Source of the DNA: Moniliella sp. 'wahieum'
Taxonomy: Eukaryota
NCBI GenBank assembly: GCA_003971905.1
Contig: RSEE01000058.1
Span: 248,001-312,000, forward strand
DNA: 64,000 nucleotides
Direction of reading: 5' to 3'
The notes under the pieces are model-generated. The model saw only the letters and a program-made list of their open reading frames with translations, was not told the origin of the DNA and ran no database searches. This document shows, in pieces, positions 1-12,300 of the stretch; position 1 is the stretch's first letter, and every line of letters begins with the position of its first letter. The position numbers and the translations under genes were made by a program.

Positions 1-945
1 CTGTGCTACGCCATCGGCGGGAGAGCTGACGAGCTGCTGCTGACGCATGGCCGCACGTGCAGAGGCGAAGTGATCCCGCTGCCGTTCCGCATGAGCGCGT
101 TTGTGCCCACCAACTTGGTGATCGTAGTGGGGATGCTCATGCCGGGCCAATCGTTGGGACGGACCGTGTTTTGGCAGTGGGCCAACCAGTCGCTCAACAC
201 TTGTGTCAACTGTACGTACCCCCTCTTCTCGACTTGACCCGGCCACCATGCCCCGGGGTGTCTTGCTCTTAACCTCTTGTGCGTTCCTCTACTCTGGGAT
301 TCTTATTCTGGTTCCAGATGCGAATGCCAACAAGGCTGGCGACGGACTGAACATGAGGCAGCTATTGGGCGCGTATGGCGCTGCGACAACCGCCGCGGTG
401 GGGATTAGTGTGGGCTTAAGTCTGGCACTCAAGGATGGAAGCCGGTTGCACCGGGCTTGTCGCCGACTGGGCGGACAGTCGCGGCGCGCCTCATCCCCTT
501 TTTGGCAGTGGGAACGGCATCCAGTGTGAACGTGCCGCATCGCGGTATGGGCGGTGGTTCAGGGGATCCCTGTCTACCGCACCACGACCACGACCAAGGT
601 GATGTGCAACAAGTCCAAGTTGGCACCTCGGTCGCAGCTGGCCAAAGGGCCGTCGGCGCGACCGCACTGTCTCGTATGATTATGAATTTCCCCATCTTGG
701 CTGTTCCACCTGCTTTGCTCTCCGCCCTGGTACGGCTCCGCCTCGTGCCCGCCGCTGGCCGCGGCGCACGGCTGGCTGAGATCGGGGTGGTGGGGCTGTC
801 ACTGGGCTTGTTCTTGCCCCCGGCCATTGCGATCTTCCCTCAGCGCGCGTCGGTGCCGGCGGCGCACCTGGAAGCGCGCTTCCATGACCTGAAGGACGAG
901 GCGGGCGAGCCGGTGACTACTCTGTACTACAACAAGGGGCTGTAA
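1..945 (+). CDS. FSF1: Sideroflexin / mitochondrial tricarboxylate-carrier family protein, 5' end outside window; intron 212-317
   Basis: Stitched peptide has [51 protein letters not shown] and the family C-terminus YYNKGL*. GTACGT donor at 212 and CAG acceptor at 317 restore NYANAN. At least one indel near 450. Confidence 0.92.
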
Positions 946-1660
946 TCCGTTCCTCGCAGGTCGGCAAAAGGCGCTGGAGATTTGGAGCTTCAGTAATGGT
1001 GTTTGGCGCTTGTTGCTTGATGGATGCCCACCAAAACACGTACTTTGTACTTTGCTCCTGTGTCTTGGACTGTGCGAGCAGCCATAGTTTTTTCCTTGGG
1101 GGCGACGTTTCCCTGCCCCTCGGGCGTGCGGGTGTGGGTTTACTCGCCAGTAAGGTAGTGGGGTATCGTCGGGGGTGAAGGGTGAAGCTTGAAGGGCAGC
1201 AGGAAGTGGCCGTCACGCGTCTGGCGCCACACCGCCATGGGGCGTGTGTCCCTTGCAGGCGCTGCGATCACCGATCGACCATCGGCTGGCCGGACTCAAA
1301 GTTCAACGTTCACGTTCAATGTTCAAATCCACGGTGAGCCGCCGCCCGCCGCTCGCTTACGGTCGCGCGGCGGCGCACACTGGCGCTGTGCCGTCACCGA
1401 TCGTCGCGTGCTGCCCGGCGCGCCCCGCCCGCACCAGCGCGCAGCGCGCCGGCGCACTGCCCGTGGTTAGCTAAGCCATTACGCATCACGCATCCCCCCG
1501 GCAGGATCTGCGTTGTGTTGGTTGCCTGCCCGGCTGGATGCCTCTCCACCATCTCCAATGGGCGACGAGCGGCGTCGTCGCTGGCGTTGCCGCTGCGCTG
1601 CCGCTGCCCTCGCCTCGCCTCCCCCGCCCGCATCTGCGCCGCCGCTCTCGGTCGGCCGCT

Positions 1661-4621
1661 ATGTCCCCCCGCCGCCCCCTCGCCCGCTCCCGCCTCCGCC
1701 GCGACGCCCTCGCCTCTCGGCTGCCCCTGCCCCGCCCCCCGGCCGCCGCGCGAGCGCCCTCCCGCCTCGGCGCCCTCGAAACCCTAGACGAGGTCTCCCA
1801 CGCCAACGCCTCCATCTCCATGCCGCTGACAGCAACGACCCGGTGTCGATCCCATGTCGACGCCGACGCCGACGCTGATTTCGATGGCGATGCCGCCGCG
1901 GCCCTTCCCCCGACCCAGCGCCCTTGCTGCCGCTCGCGCCGACGGGTACACCCTCGTCGCCACTGACCTCACCACATCACGCTGGCACGAGCGCTGGGAT
2001 CGCATGTGTCTGGAAGCCCCTCCCGCCGATCCCACCCCCACGCCCACACCCCTCCTGCCCCGCTTCTCGATCTCGACACCACTTCGGCCCTCATCCGTAG
2101 CTCGTCGCGCCCCAGCCTTGCTGCTCCGGCCGCGTCGAGCGTTGCCGGCGCGGCTGCCTACGCTGCGGCCACCGTTCGTGAGGCAGAACAATGGCGTGCC
2201 GCACCGGCCTTCAACCGTTCCGAGGTGACCCTGTCTACCGCCGAGGCGGCCGGGTGTGCTCACCCTCCTCAGTTCCTGGCTCGAACTCGACTCGTCGAAG
2301 AAGGCGTTCGCCTCGATGCCGAGCTCGCACTGGTGCAAGAAGTGTCTTACGCGGCCCATGTCAACCTCGCCGCCGTTGTGCTCCCTGCACCTTCGAGTGA
2401 ACCAGAGCGTCGCCGCTTTCTGCCGCACTATGCACGTGCCATTGCCGCTTGTCTGGCAGCGCCTCCCGTTGCCGGATCGTCGCCACCGGCCGGCAACTGG
2501 ATGTCCCTCATTGTGCGTCTGCCCATCACCAGTCCCCACGAAGCCGCGCGCCTTCAAGCCCGCCGGCGTGCAAGCCCCCATGATTGGGGCCGTGCCTCTC
2601 CGCTTCTTCCCATGGGCAAGCTTGGCGCCGCTCAAGTCCGAATCGAAGACGACTGGGCCTGGGACACCTGGGCCACAATTCAAGATATTTGCAACCACAA
2701 TCCTCGCGTCAAACTCATGCTGGATCTTGGTCACCCGCTGCCTCAACAACCTTCGGTCCTGCACCGCTGGAAAGCCGAGCCGGTCGCTGCCATCTGGATC
2801 CCAGCCACTTCCTTCCTGCCTAATCCCAAGGGGTACCCCGTCCTGAGCAAGGCATGCCAGACCTTGGTCAAGGGCTTGCTTCACAAAAAGCCCCAAATTC
2901 TCCTTGTTGACACGGAGGCACAACCCCCGCACCACCCCCGGCGGCAGCGGCGCCTATCTCCAGTACCTCAAACACTTGGCACGCACCGCCGCGCCTCCGT
3001 CGGCGCTCGATGTGTTTGCCCAAGGCTATGCAGACAAGCTCCAGGCCCCACTGCAGCCTCTTCTGGACAATCTCGAGTCGACCACCTACGCTGTCTTTGA
3101 GAAGGACGCGACCAAGTACCAGCTTTGAAGATGCTGTCGCTCTTGCTCTCGCTGACCTTGCGGCTGCCGGGCGCACGCGCGACGGCGTACACATTTGGGT
3201 GTGCGGTGCTGGGCGGGGACCGCTGGTGAGCCACTGTCTTGCGGCTGCAACACGCACCAGGACACACGTCCACATCACTGCCGTCGAGAAAAACGCCAGT
3301 GCAATGGTGGTGCTGCAGGAGAGGCAGCACCGCGAGTGGGGGGCCGACAGGGTAACTCTCCGGTACGGCGACATGCGTGCTCTCACGCCGCCACCCGACG
3401 AAGAAAAGGCCGACATTGTGGTTTCTGAGCTGCTGGGCTCGTTTGGGGACAATGAGTTGAGCCCCGAGTGCCTCGATGGCGCGATGCGGTTCTTGCGACG
3501 TGAGTAGTTGACGCCTGGAGCTGTCAGAGTGAAGGTGTGTGCCGTGCTAACGAATTTGACCTGTTTTTCTTTTTTTGGATCTATTTTTGCGTACCCAGCG
3601 GATGGCATCTCGATTCCCTCGACATATTGCAGTTACCTGACGCCACTGACGTCGTCCACTCTGTATGCGGAGGCGACGGCCATGAGGGCGGTTCCGCCCA
3701 TCTCGGATGAGCAGAGGCGCAAGGCGGTCGAAACTCCCTATGTGGTCTTGATCCGCGATGCCGTTTATCCTGCTGGGCGAGGAGGGGCGGGGGCTGGGCC
3801 GCAGTCCAGACCGCTTGGTCTTTCCACCACGGCCCGATCGATATGACGTCGCCCGTCTGTGATTCAGCTGGTTTGCCCTTGACCAATGCGCACAATGTCC
3901 GGACCACCGCGCTCACTTTCCACATCCCTCAGTCGGCTGTCGTTCACGGACTGGCTGGGTACTTTGAAGCGTCGCTCTATGGTGACATTGTTCTCTCCAT
4001 CCACCCTGACCCTGGAAAAGGGTCACCCAAGATGGTGTCCTGGTTCCCCTTTTTCCTTCCGTTTGATGCCCCGCTCTATCTCCCGCCCGGGGCTGAGCTG
4101 GATGTGCATCTGTGGCGCATGTCGGCTTCACGGAGGGTATGGTACGAGTGGTACGCGAATCCTTCTTGCCTCTTCCCGTTCAATTTGGTGGGCCGAGCGT
4201 CGCCGCTATGGCTGGCGCACCGTCAGACCCGTATCCAACAGGCTACGTCTCGCCCTCCTTGGCCGACGGGGCTCAACCAGCCGCGGGAGGGGAATCCATG
4301 GCGGGCACCTTCCAAAACGCACCGGCTACCCCGTCGTTGCTCGCGGCGCCTCATCTGGATGGGACGATGAACATGAACATGAACAACATGAACATGAACA
4401 TGAACATGAACATGACCCCCGTCTCGGCTGGCATGATGTCGCACTCGAGCCAAGGGGTAACAACCCTCGTTTGAGCGCGGGCAGTACCGCCAGCGCCATC
4501 TCTGCTGCTCATACCAGCCCCCCTCCCTTCTGCCGCCCTGCTTGGACCCATCACGCGCGTCAAGACCAACATGACCGCCTTGATGAACCCGGGTGGACGT
4601 AGCTCGTGGATCAGCTTGTGA
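1661..4621 (+). CDS. HSL7: Type II protein arginine methyltransferase PRMT5/Skb1/Hsl7; intron 3500-3598; several indels; start approximate
   Basis: Motifs in order across frames: [45 protein letters not shown] (specificity Phe), [53 protein letters not shown], and terminal [11 protein letters not shown] (TGA 4619-4621). Intron GTGAGT...GCTAAC...CAG. Confidence 0.95.
4367..4414 (+). repeat. (ATGAAC)n hexamer repeat encoding an (MN)n tract in the PRMT5 C-terminal insert
   Basis: Directly visible; translates as [16 protein letters not shown]. Confidence 0.9.
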
Positions 4622-5270
4622 ACTTGCAACTTGCAACTTGCCCACGACCACGCTGTCTCCCACCCCACCATCCTCACTGCCACCGCCATCACCTCATCAG
4701 TCATCACGGAGTGTCCACACGCTTTCGCTCGATCTAATCCCAGATCCCAGCACAGATGCACCAGCTACCATCCAGACGGCTCTATCCGTCCCGCCGATCA
4801 AAGGTGGCGGCGTAGCGTGGTGCGGTGCGGTGGGGTATGGCGTGGTGGGCGACTGCAACGTACATTGAGAGAGGGACCTTGATTATACATCCAATCCTAT
4901 TTGATGATGCCCGTCGAGCGATGTGTTAGAGCGTTCGCGCTTAGCGGGCAGCCGCAGTGGGGAAGGAGGGGCAGCAGAGGAACGAGCAGGAGCTTCCGCC
5001 TTTGGTGTAGTGTTTATCGGGCGACCATGCGACTGAGATGAGGCGATGATCGATGATGCGCGCAGCTCATCCAGTCCTTTGGGGTAGCTTCCCCTCCCGT
5101 CCTCACGCGACGCGGTGCCGCATTAGGGTTACGCGTTACGAGGAATGCACCGCGGCTCATTTGCACCCACATAGCCCTCCCCCGGCATCACGTAAGCCGC
5201 GCCTGGGCACAGCCAAAAACAGCTGATTATCGGGACACTCCGCCATGCTGCCCAGCACGACGCCAGCACC

Positions 5271-6305
5271 ATGCTGAGCACCACGCGGAGCACGATGCCC
5301 ATGCGTACCCTGCTCACTGGCATGCGCCCCCAACTCCTGGGCCTGGCCTCCCACTCGTGCCGCACGGCCTCTGCGCGCGCCATCCACGTCTCCGCCCGCC
5401 TCAGCGGTCCAGGCGACGCTAGCTCCGCCGCTCCGCCGCCGCTCTACCCTGGCCACGTGCGCCTCTCAGGACTGCAGCGTGCCTTCCTGGCCTTCGGGGC
5501 CGCCGGAACGGCATTCCTCAACCCAGCGCGCGGGGATATGGTCGCTGTTCTTTCGGAGGCGTCCGGTTCCTTCCTGCCCCGCCTGCGCGACCAGATGATC
5601 TCCACCGCCGAGGGACGGCGCTTGCTGGTCGAAAAGCCAACGATCAATACCCACACGGTCGACATGGCGTACCTCAAGTCTCTTCCCGACGGATCATTTG
5701 GTCGAGTCTACGTCGACTGGCTCAATTGGTGCAACGTTTCCCCCGACACACGCAAGCCTGTACGTTTCTTCTTGTTACTCTTTCTCTTTCTCTCGTTTCT
5801 GTTCTCTTCTTTCTCTCTCCTCTGCTAACGCGAACACCACATAGGTGCGGTACATTGATGACCTGGAACTGCGCTACGTGCTGCAGCGGTATCGCGAGTG
5901 CCATGACTTTTACCATGTCCTCTGTGGCATGCCTGTCTCCCAGCTGGGTGAGACGGTGACCAAGTGGTTCGAGGCAGCGCACATGCACCTCCCTATGGCC
6001 GCTCTTGCGTCGATTGCGGGGCCAACTCGGTTGCGGGGCACAGACCTAGTCATCTTTCCTCAACTGGCACGATGGGCTGTCCAATGGGTCAACAGGCTAA
6101 ACCTTTGATCGCTGTCCGATGGGAGTCCCGCTGGGAACAACCGTTCGACCAGGTCCGCAGGGAACTCAACATGACTCCACCCCGGTCCAGTTGGAGTACA
6201 CCCCTCGTCGCGGACCGCGCAAGCTTCCTTTCTCCACGCGCATTGTTGAGGCGCGCGACAGAGGGCTATGGCCGCGCCCCTTGTGAGTCTGGGCATACGC
6301 AGTAG
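5271..6305 (+). CDS. COQ4: Ubiquinone biosynthesis protein COQ4, mitochondrial; intron 5760-5844; end approximate
   Basis: Arg/Ser-rich presequence, YPGHV, NPARGDMVA, LPDGSFGRVY, VSPDTR..VRYIDD.EL.YVLQRYRECHDFYH (HDxxH...E metal motif), KWFEA. Intron GTACGT...GCTAAC...TAG. Indel near 6090. Confidence 0.95.
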
Positions 6306-8138
6306 GGGATGGGTAGGACACTTGGGTGCCATATCGCACTCTACCGTCCTGCCCCAGCAAAACGTCAAGGGTGCTCTGTGCAATGCAGGCAATGAAAGGA
6401 TGCTCCCCGGGCGTCCCAGCAACAAAAGACGTATTCTCTTCGTCACTATCATATATGCGCACCCCCCACCCAGCTCTGTAACATGTAATCCCTACTGCAG
6501 TATTTTGTAGTTGGCTACGATCGAGATCCACACAAGGGCCCACGATTCTCTTGTGGAATCGCTCGTCTCTCACACCAATTCTCAGCAGAAAAAAGTTAAA
6601 GAAGGATCTGGCCTGCCCATTGACCCCCAAGAAGGCGGTTCTAGTTCACTGGGCTTATCTTCGACCTCTGCATCCGTCCAAGGACATAGACTGATGCTCG
6701 CGTCTCGAAGAGTTTAACTTTGACACGGGACAACTCCTGGCTCACATCGGTCGAGAAAGAGAGTTTGTCCAAGTTCTGTTGTGACGGTGTTCTTGAACCC
6801 GATCTGGGTCTAGTATGCCTCGCTGCATTTTCGAGTTGGCGGTGCGTTGTGTGCACATACCGCGGATATGACCTTATTGAAGCTTGACGTCTGTTGCTTG
6901 CAGTCACAGAGATATTGACTTTGGGTCATTTCAGCCCATGGTTTGGATGCATCGAGCCAGGAGGACTGGGTGCGCCAGGCTTCGTCATGTACAGCAAAGG
7001 TTTGGGGGGGGGTATAGGGACTAACACGCAAGCTGTCGTACCCATGGTATCTCATCGGAAAGTCGTGAACCTCCTTCTGGCTGCAGCAATTTATGAGGAA
7101 ATGTTGGGGGCATGCACAGCCAGACTCAACCTCCACCAGGGGCAGGGAATCAGGATCCCGGGACAACCAGGTTGAGATCGGCGAGGATGTTGATGAGCTG
7201 CGAGAGGAAGACCTCACTGGCACAACGAGCCACGCATCCGGAAAGGGCACCAATAGGACAAACAATGGACGCGTGCGCGGAGATCCAAACGTTGATTGAC
7301 GATGAACCCCGCCCGTATCATGGAGAAGTGCCGTGCAAAGAGTGGTATTACCAAAACGGTGGAATGGGTCAACGGAATGTCTGCTCTTCTTCACTTTCCT
7401 CCTCCTTCAGCAGCTATTTCAAGGACTCTCACCAACCCCCCCTCTGTCCTACTATACGAAAACACACTGTAAGATGATCGCGAAGCCCCATTGCTTTGGA
7501 GGAGAACGTGGCCACACGAAAGATGGTAGATATGTGGTCCTGTCTGCTGAAGGGGCATCGAATTTCAAGCGCAACGTTTAGGCTGCGATGGCGAAAGTTG
7601 TTGATGTGGCCGCAGGCCAGAATGGACACCCTAATAACCGATCCAAAATATAAGCGGTTGTGCCCCACACACATGAAAACAGAACGAGCTGATCTTTGGG
7701 GCGATCCTTCCCCAACGGAAGCAGACAAAACAACACGAACAGCTTAACCTTTTGGCAGAGCGGCTTGGAACAGGTTGAGCAGCACTGTGGGCAGGTGGAC
7801 CGTGCCCTCGCTCTCCAGCCGACCGGGCACAACACAAGTTGCCCGGCCGCAGTCGGCTTGGGATGGTGCTGCGTATCGCGGCTACACGACGCCCCATCGC
7901 GGCCACGCACTGCCCTCGTGCCCCATCGCGCCCACACCCGTCGGTTATAGTCGTACAGCCGATCCTGCTCGATCGTCTCGGCAATCTCGTTGGGACGCCG
8001 CTGGGCAGCCGCCTCGCTGCCCCCCCGTCCCATATATCGCTATCGCCATCTCCATCGCCATCCCCACACACCCCCCATCCCCCCACCATCCCTAGCCCCA
8101 GACCCACCGTCCCCATCGCCATCCTCACCAGCCTCACC

Positions 8139-9130
8139 ATGCCCCCATCCTATTACCCGCCCGTCGACCCCCTCAATAACGATCTCGTCAGCCATCTTGG
8201 CACCATAGTCGACCCCGATGATCCGGCAGCGTTGAGGAAATACGACCCGATTGCTGTCGCCGGCAATATCCTCGGTGACAGCAACGAGGAGGAAGACATC
8301 GATCACATCGAAGCGGTTGGCACCTCGCTCAAGAGGAACCTTGTCGGGGACAGCCAGGCCCAGGTCGAAGCAGATATAAAGTTCCTGATGGACCTCCTCG
8401 GAGCCAGACGTGAAGAAGAAAAGGAAGACCCAGCGGATCATTGAGCACGCCAACCCGGGCCAAGTGGAGGAGAAGATGCGCATGGTCCTGGGCCAAGTCA
8501 ATCAATCCACATCCCCCCGTGTGGGGCTCGGCGCGCTTTGACACCCGGCCGGTGCCCGAGCAGCTGCCCCTGTGTGCGTTCCCAGTGGGCGAGTGGTGCG
8601 ACCAAGACAAGCTGAACGCTATCAAGAACGTCATTCATAAGAAGGGGACCAGAACCGAGACCACTCACCCGTCTCATTCCGAACGGTCCTTGAGGACAAG
8701 GACATGGGGAGCCGTGATTGCGTCGTTGATGCTTCCCGCCCCGCGAGCCCAACCGCCTCGGGCACGAGTCAGCACTGAGCAAGTACCAACCCTCCTCTTT
8801 TTCCCTGTGGCAACGAGGGCGTTGGGAGTACCAGCATTAGCCGTTGCGGGTGTTCCCGCCCCACGAATCCAACCGCCTCGAGCACGAGTTAGAACCGAGC
8901 AAGCACCAAGCCTCTCTTTTTCCCTGTGGCAATTGTCAATGACATCCGTCCTACCGCGCGGACCCGAGTCCCGTGAGTCAGTTTTCATTCCTTCCGAGCT
9001 GGCACCAGTCTTCTGGACGAGTCGATCGCAGAAGCTCCATAGTCCAATACGACATTCAAGGCTCACATTCTGTCAGTGTGGTAATAGCGAGGCCGACAGG
9101 CAACGAGGGCGTTGGGAGTACCCAGCATAA
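8139..9130 (+). CDS. Orphan ORF, frameshifted, unknown function; possibly transposon-associated
   Basis: ATG in CACCATG context after a C-rich leader like the real genes here; GC3-rich codons (MPPSYYPPVDPLNNDLVSHLG...). Continues via frame changes into the 8441-9130 ORF. No family motif recognised. Confidence 0.4.
8733..8932 (+). repeat. Imperfect 120-bp tandem duplication, with a further partial copy at about 9099-9128
   Basis: TTCCCGCCCC..CAACCGCCTCG.GCACGAGT..GAGCAAG..TTTTTCCCTGTGGCAA starts at 8733 and again at 8853. GGCAACGAGGGCGTTGGGAGTACC occurs at about 8809 and 9099. Confidence 0.9.
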
Positions 9131-9144
9131 TATGAACTAACTAC

Positions 9145-9359
9145 TGTTAGAGTGGGACTTGTGGGAGCACTATGGATCAGCTGCAAAGCAGTCTTCAGAC
9201 AAGGTGTGAAGGCAAAGTGATGAGCCACAAGTCTTCAAGCAACGTCTGAAGGGAAGAAGAAAGGAGAGAAGGGTGATGGAACGAGCAGGGCGTGCTCGCC
9301 TGTGAGGGTCACCGATCCATTGAGGGCCGTGCAGGGAACCCTAGCACTACTCTCCAACA
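9145..9359. mobile_element. Solo LTR (215 bp) with 5-bp target-site duplication ACTAC
   Basis: Begins TGTTAGAG (9145) and ends CTCCAACA (9359): TG...CA ends with an imperfect terminal inverted repeat. ACTAC lies at 9140-9144 and 9360-9364. Confidence 0.75.
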
Positions 9360-12300
9360 ACTACAAAGAGAAGTTGCCTGTCCTGGGTTGGCCAATTAGT
9401 GAGGACGGGAGAAGACACCAATGGACCGTGGGGGAAAACCAAAAACCATTGTTTACAGACAGAGCTAAAAGAGAAACAAACACAATGGAGGAAGAACGGG
9501 GACAGGGAAGAACAGGGGGGACGGGTACCGGGCATGGACAACCTATAGAAAGGCAAGGTGTAACGGGTACGGTGCCAGCATCGTCGCAAAGGAGAATACT
9601 GGCAATTGGGTGGCCACGCGGTGGTTATCGATTCACCTGGGTAAGAGGCGACTATTGCCACACACGGATACATTGGCCTGGTGATGTGGACTGGCTAGCC
9701 TCGATCATACTGGGTTGGATTTGGGACCAAACTCTATATATATATTGTTGGGTAAGGCAGACATGCCTCAGCTCAGTTGAGATCGGATCAGATCCGAAGA
9801 CCAATCTGGGGAGGGCGCACATAGGCGCGGCGGGCTTGCCAGCCCGTCTTCGCCCGTGACAAGATCGAAGGAAGCATGTCCCGTTTAGCGCCACCAGAGA
9901 AGAGGGTCGTTTAGGCGAGCCAACACATGACCCGTATTGGCGCACCACCATGATCACAGACTGAAAGGAACACCACAGAGCTTCCTTGGGTTCTTGGGCC
10001 AAGATGATATGGTCTTGTAAGAGCCTGGGACTCGCACCTGGGGAAAGGACGATCCGAAGTTAGCATGATGTTCTCCAAGTCGCGTTCCGCAGATTCCATG
10101 GCACCAACGCCTCTACTATAGCATTATTGAAATAATGCACCGTCATCACCGCTCTGTTACGGGCTGCGTTGGATCTGAGATGGTTTGATCAAGCTATATA
10201 TGGCCCGCTTGCTCTGCTGCACATACCCAGTAAAGCGCGTTCCGAAGTTCAACCAAAAGCTTGATGATGGTTGGTTAACCATGTACGGTGGCGCGAGTGG
10301 CCAACACGCATCCGCACGACAAGAGTCGTCCTCCGCTCAAGTCGAGTCTGTTTGGCCTAAATGGACCACCAAATTTCGGGATCTTGGCGAAGACAGTCGC
10401 CCCGTCACCACTCTTTATCCTTCTCGGTTTTGCGTCTGCGGCAACCAACCCCTCTTTTGACATGATGTCTCTCTTTCTTTCTTAGTACATACCCCCTATT
10501 GTGTCCGTTTTCCCTTTTGATCTAGCCTGGGACCTGATTGGGGTGGGGATCTTTTCCCCTCCTTCCATTCTCGCCCATTCCTGACTTTCCTGTTCAAGTT
10601 CTTCCCGTTTCCAGCCAATTGATTGAGTACATGGCAACCTCGTCTCAACTTAGCTGCCTCCTCGTCTGCCAACTTCGTCCCCAGCTTTCCATCAACCGAG
10701 TCGCGCGAGCCTTACTTCAGCTGCGTCGAGTCTCATCGTACGCAGCTTATCGCGTTCGAGCCCCCTCAACGTCTCAACAGTCGTCCCTGTTCCGCCCTGG
10801 CGCTGACAATGTTTGTCCTCCACTGCAGCTACCCGTTCCTAAGCTCCCAGACGTTTCAGACACGTTCTCTGCCTCAAGCGGGTGGCGGACGTGTGCTGTG
10901 CGGATGAACTGCATGCAGCACTGAGGACATACGACCAGCGGCATTGCAGCAGCAACAGTGTTTCTGTTATATCCTCCTCTCTCGCCTGTGGATGGGAGCA
11001 TATACCCCTTGTGTGTGAGCTATGCAGTGAATCTTATATGACTTTATGCTCGTCCCTACTCCGCTTGAATCCACCAACTAGCCCCAGGCCAAAACTATCG
11101 AGAGTCGTTCTTGCGTCTCCTAACGGATTGTACGTCACAAACCTAGGTGAGCTCCCTGGCGGGGCCCGCCATGATATCCCCTCTTCAATACTCCGCACTT
11201 TTTTCGTCCCCTTCTTTTTTCTATCCGGCACCTCTGTGCGTGTTGAGTGTGACGGACCTGTGCGGCCCAGCCCATTCAGCCTCCGGTTTTATGCAGATCT
11301 TCCCGAGGCTTCTGTACCCCCAGTAATTCATTCCTCAGTCAACCATCTCCCTTCTCACAGGTAGCAGACCGCGGGCAGATCTCCTCCCTCCGACAGTGCG
11401 TCTGAGTGGGAGGGAGAGAACGCACCAGCCATCTCAACCAAAGCTCAAGTTGCTTTGGGGTGAGAACGATGATGCCAAACATGACCAAAGTTCTACTACA
11501 GAGTGACCTTTTATTTTAACTTACTGTAGTGCAGAGCACGGTTGAAATAGACGTCATGTCGCTCGAGGGAGCACGAGCATATATGGACCGCAGTACACAG
11601 CGGATCACGAAAAGACATCATTTATGTTTATATTAAACTACCTTCAAAATGTCAGAGGATAATTTGCCGTGGGTGAGGCAATTCTGTCAGCGCGCTGCAG
11701 GTCAGTGACGTCGTCGATGTCACCACCCTGAACGTCAGATATGTCATTGACGTGCCCATGGGCGACGTATCTGACGAATCTGATCCTCCTATGCTCGCTT
11801 TCCCTGGGTTACTATTGGCATTGCTTTTATACTACTACTCATTAAAGTACCCTTCGAGGGTTTTTTTGCATTGTGATAGGTCAATATGGACTTGGGGGCT
11901 TGCCTGGCATTGAGGTTCCATTTACCTGACGACTAGACCTTGGTCACACCAATTGCCGATGTTCCCCTGGCTAATCTGAATACGCATGTCCCCGTAGAGC
12001 ACACCCTGCCGTACGACGCCAAATTGATTCCCTTAACTCGGCCAGCTACCATGAGCGCGTATAGGAAGGACTCGTGTTGACTAGGTGGTTCCGGTAGCAT
12101 TTGCTAGCAGAAGACACGAAATGGTATGGCCGGGTGGGATTTTGAAACGATGCAAAGTTTTGCATGTAGCCGGCAGTTGGCCCCCCGCGCTGCACATCAT
12201 TGACATCAACGACCTCTTTTGCGCCGTCGCTGTCATCACCGACCTCTTTTTCGACGTCGCTCACATCATTTTCCTCAAAACCAGGCAAACACGTCGCCGA

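Noticed and set aside
4902..5037. C/D snoRNA (TGATGA...CTGA)
   Set aside because: No terminal stem and no convincing rRNA-complementary guide.
8733..9128. CRISPR-like array
   Set aside because: Eukaryotic context; only a tandem duplication without unique spacers or cas genes.
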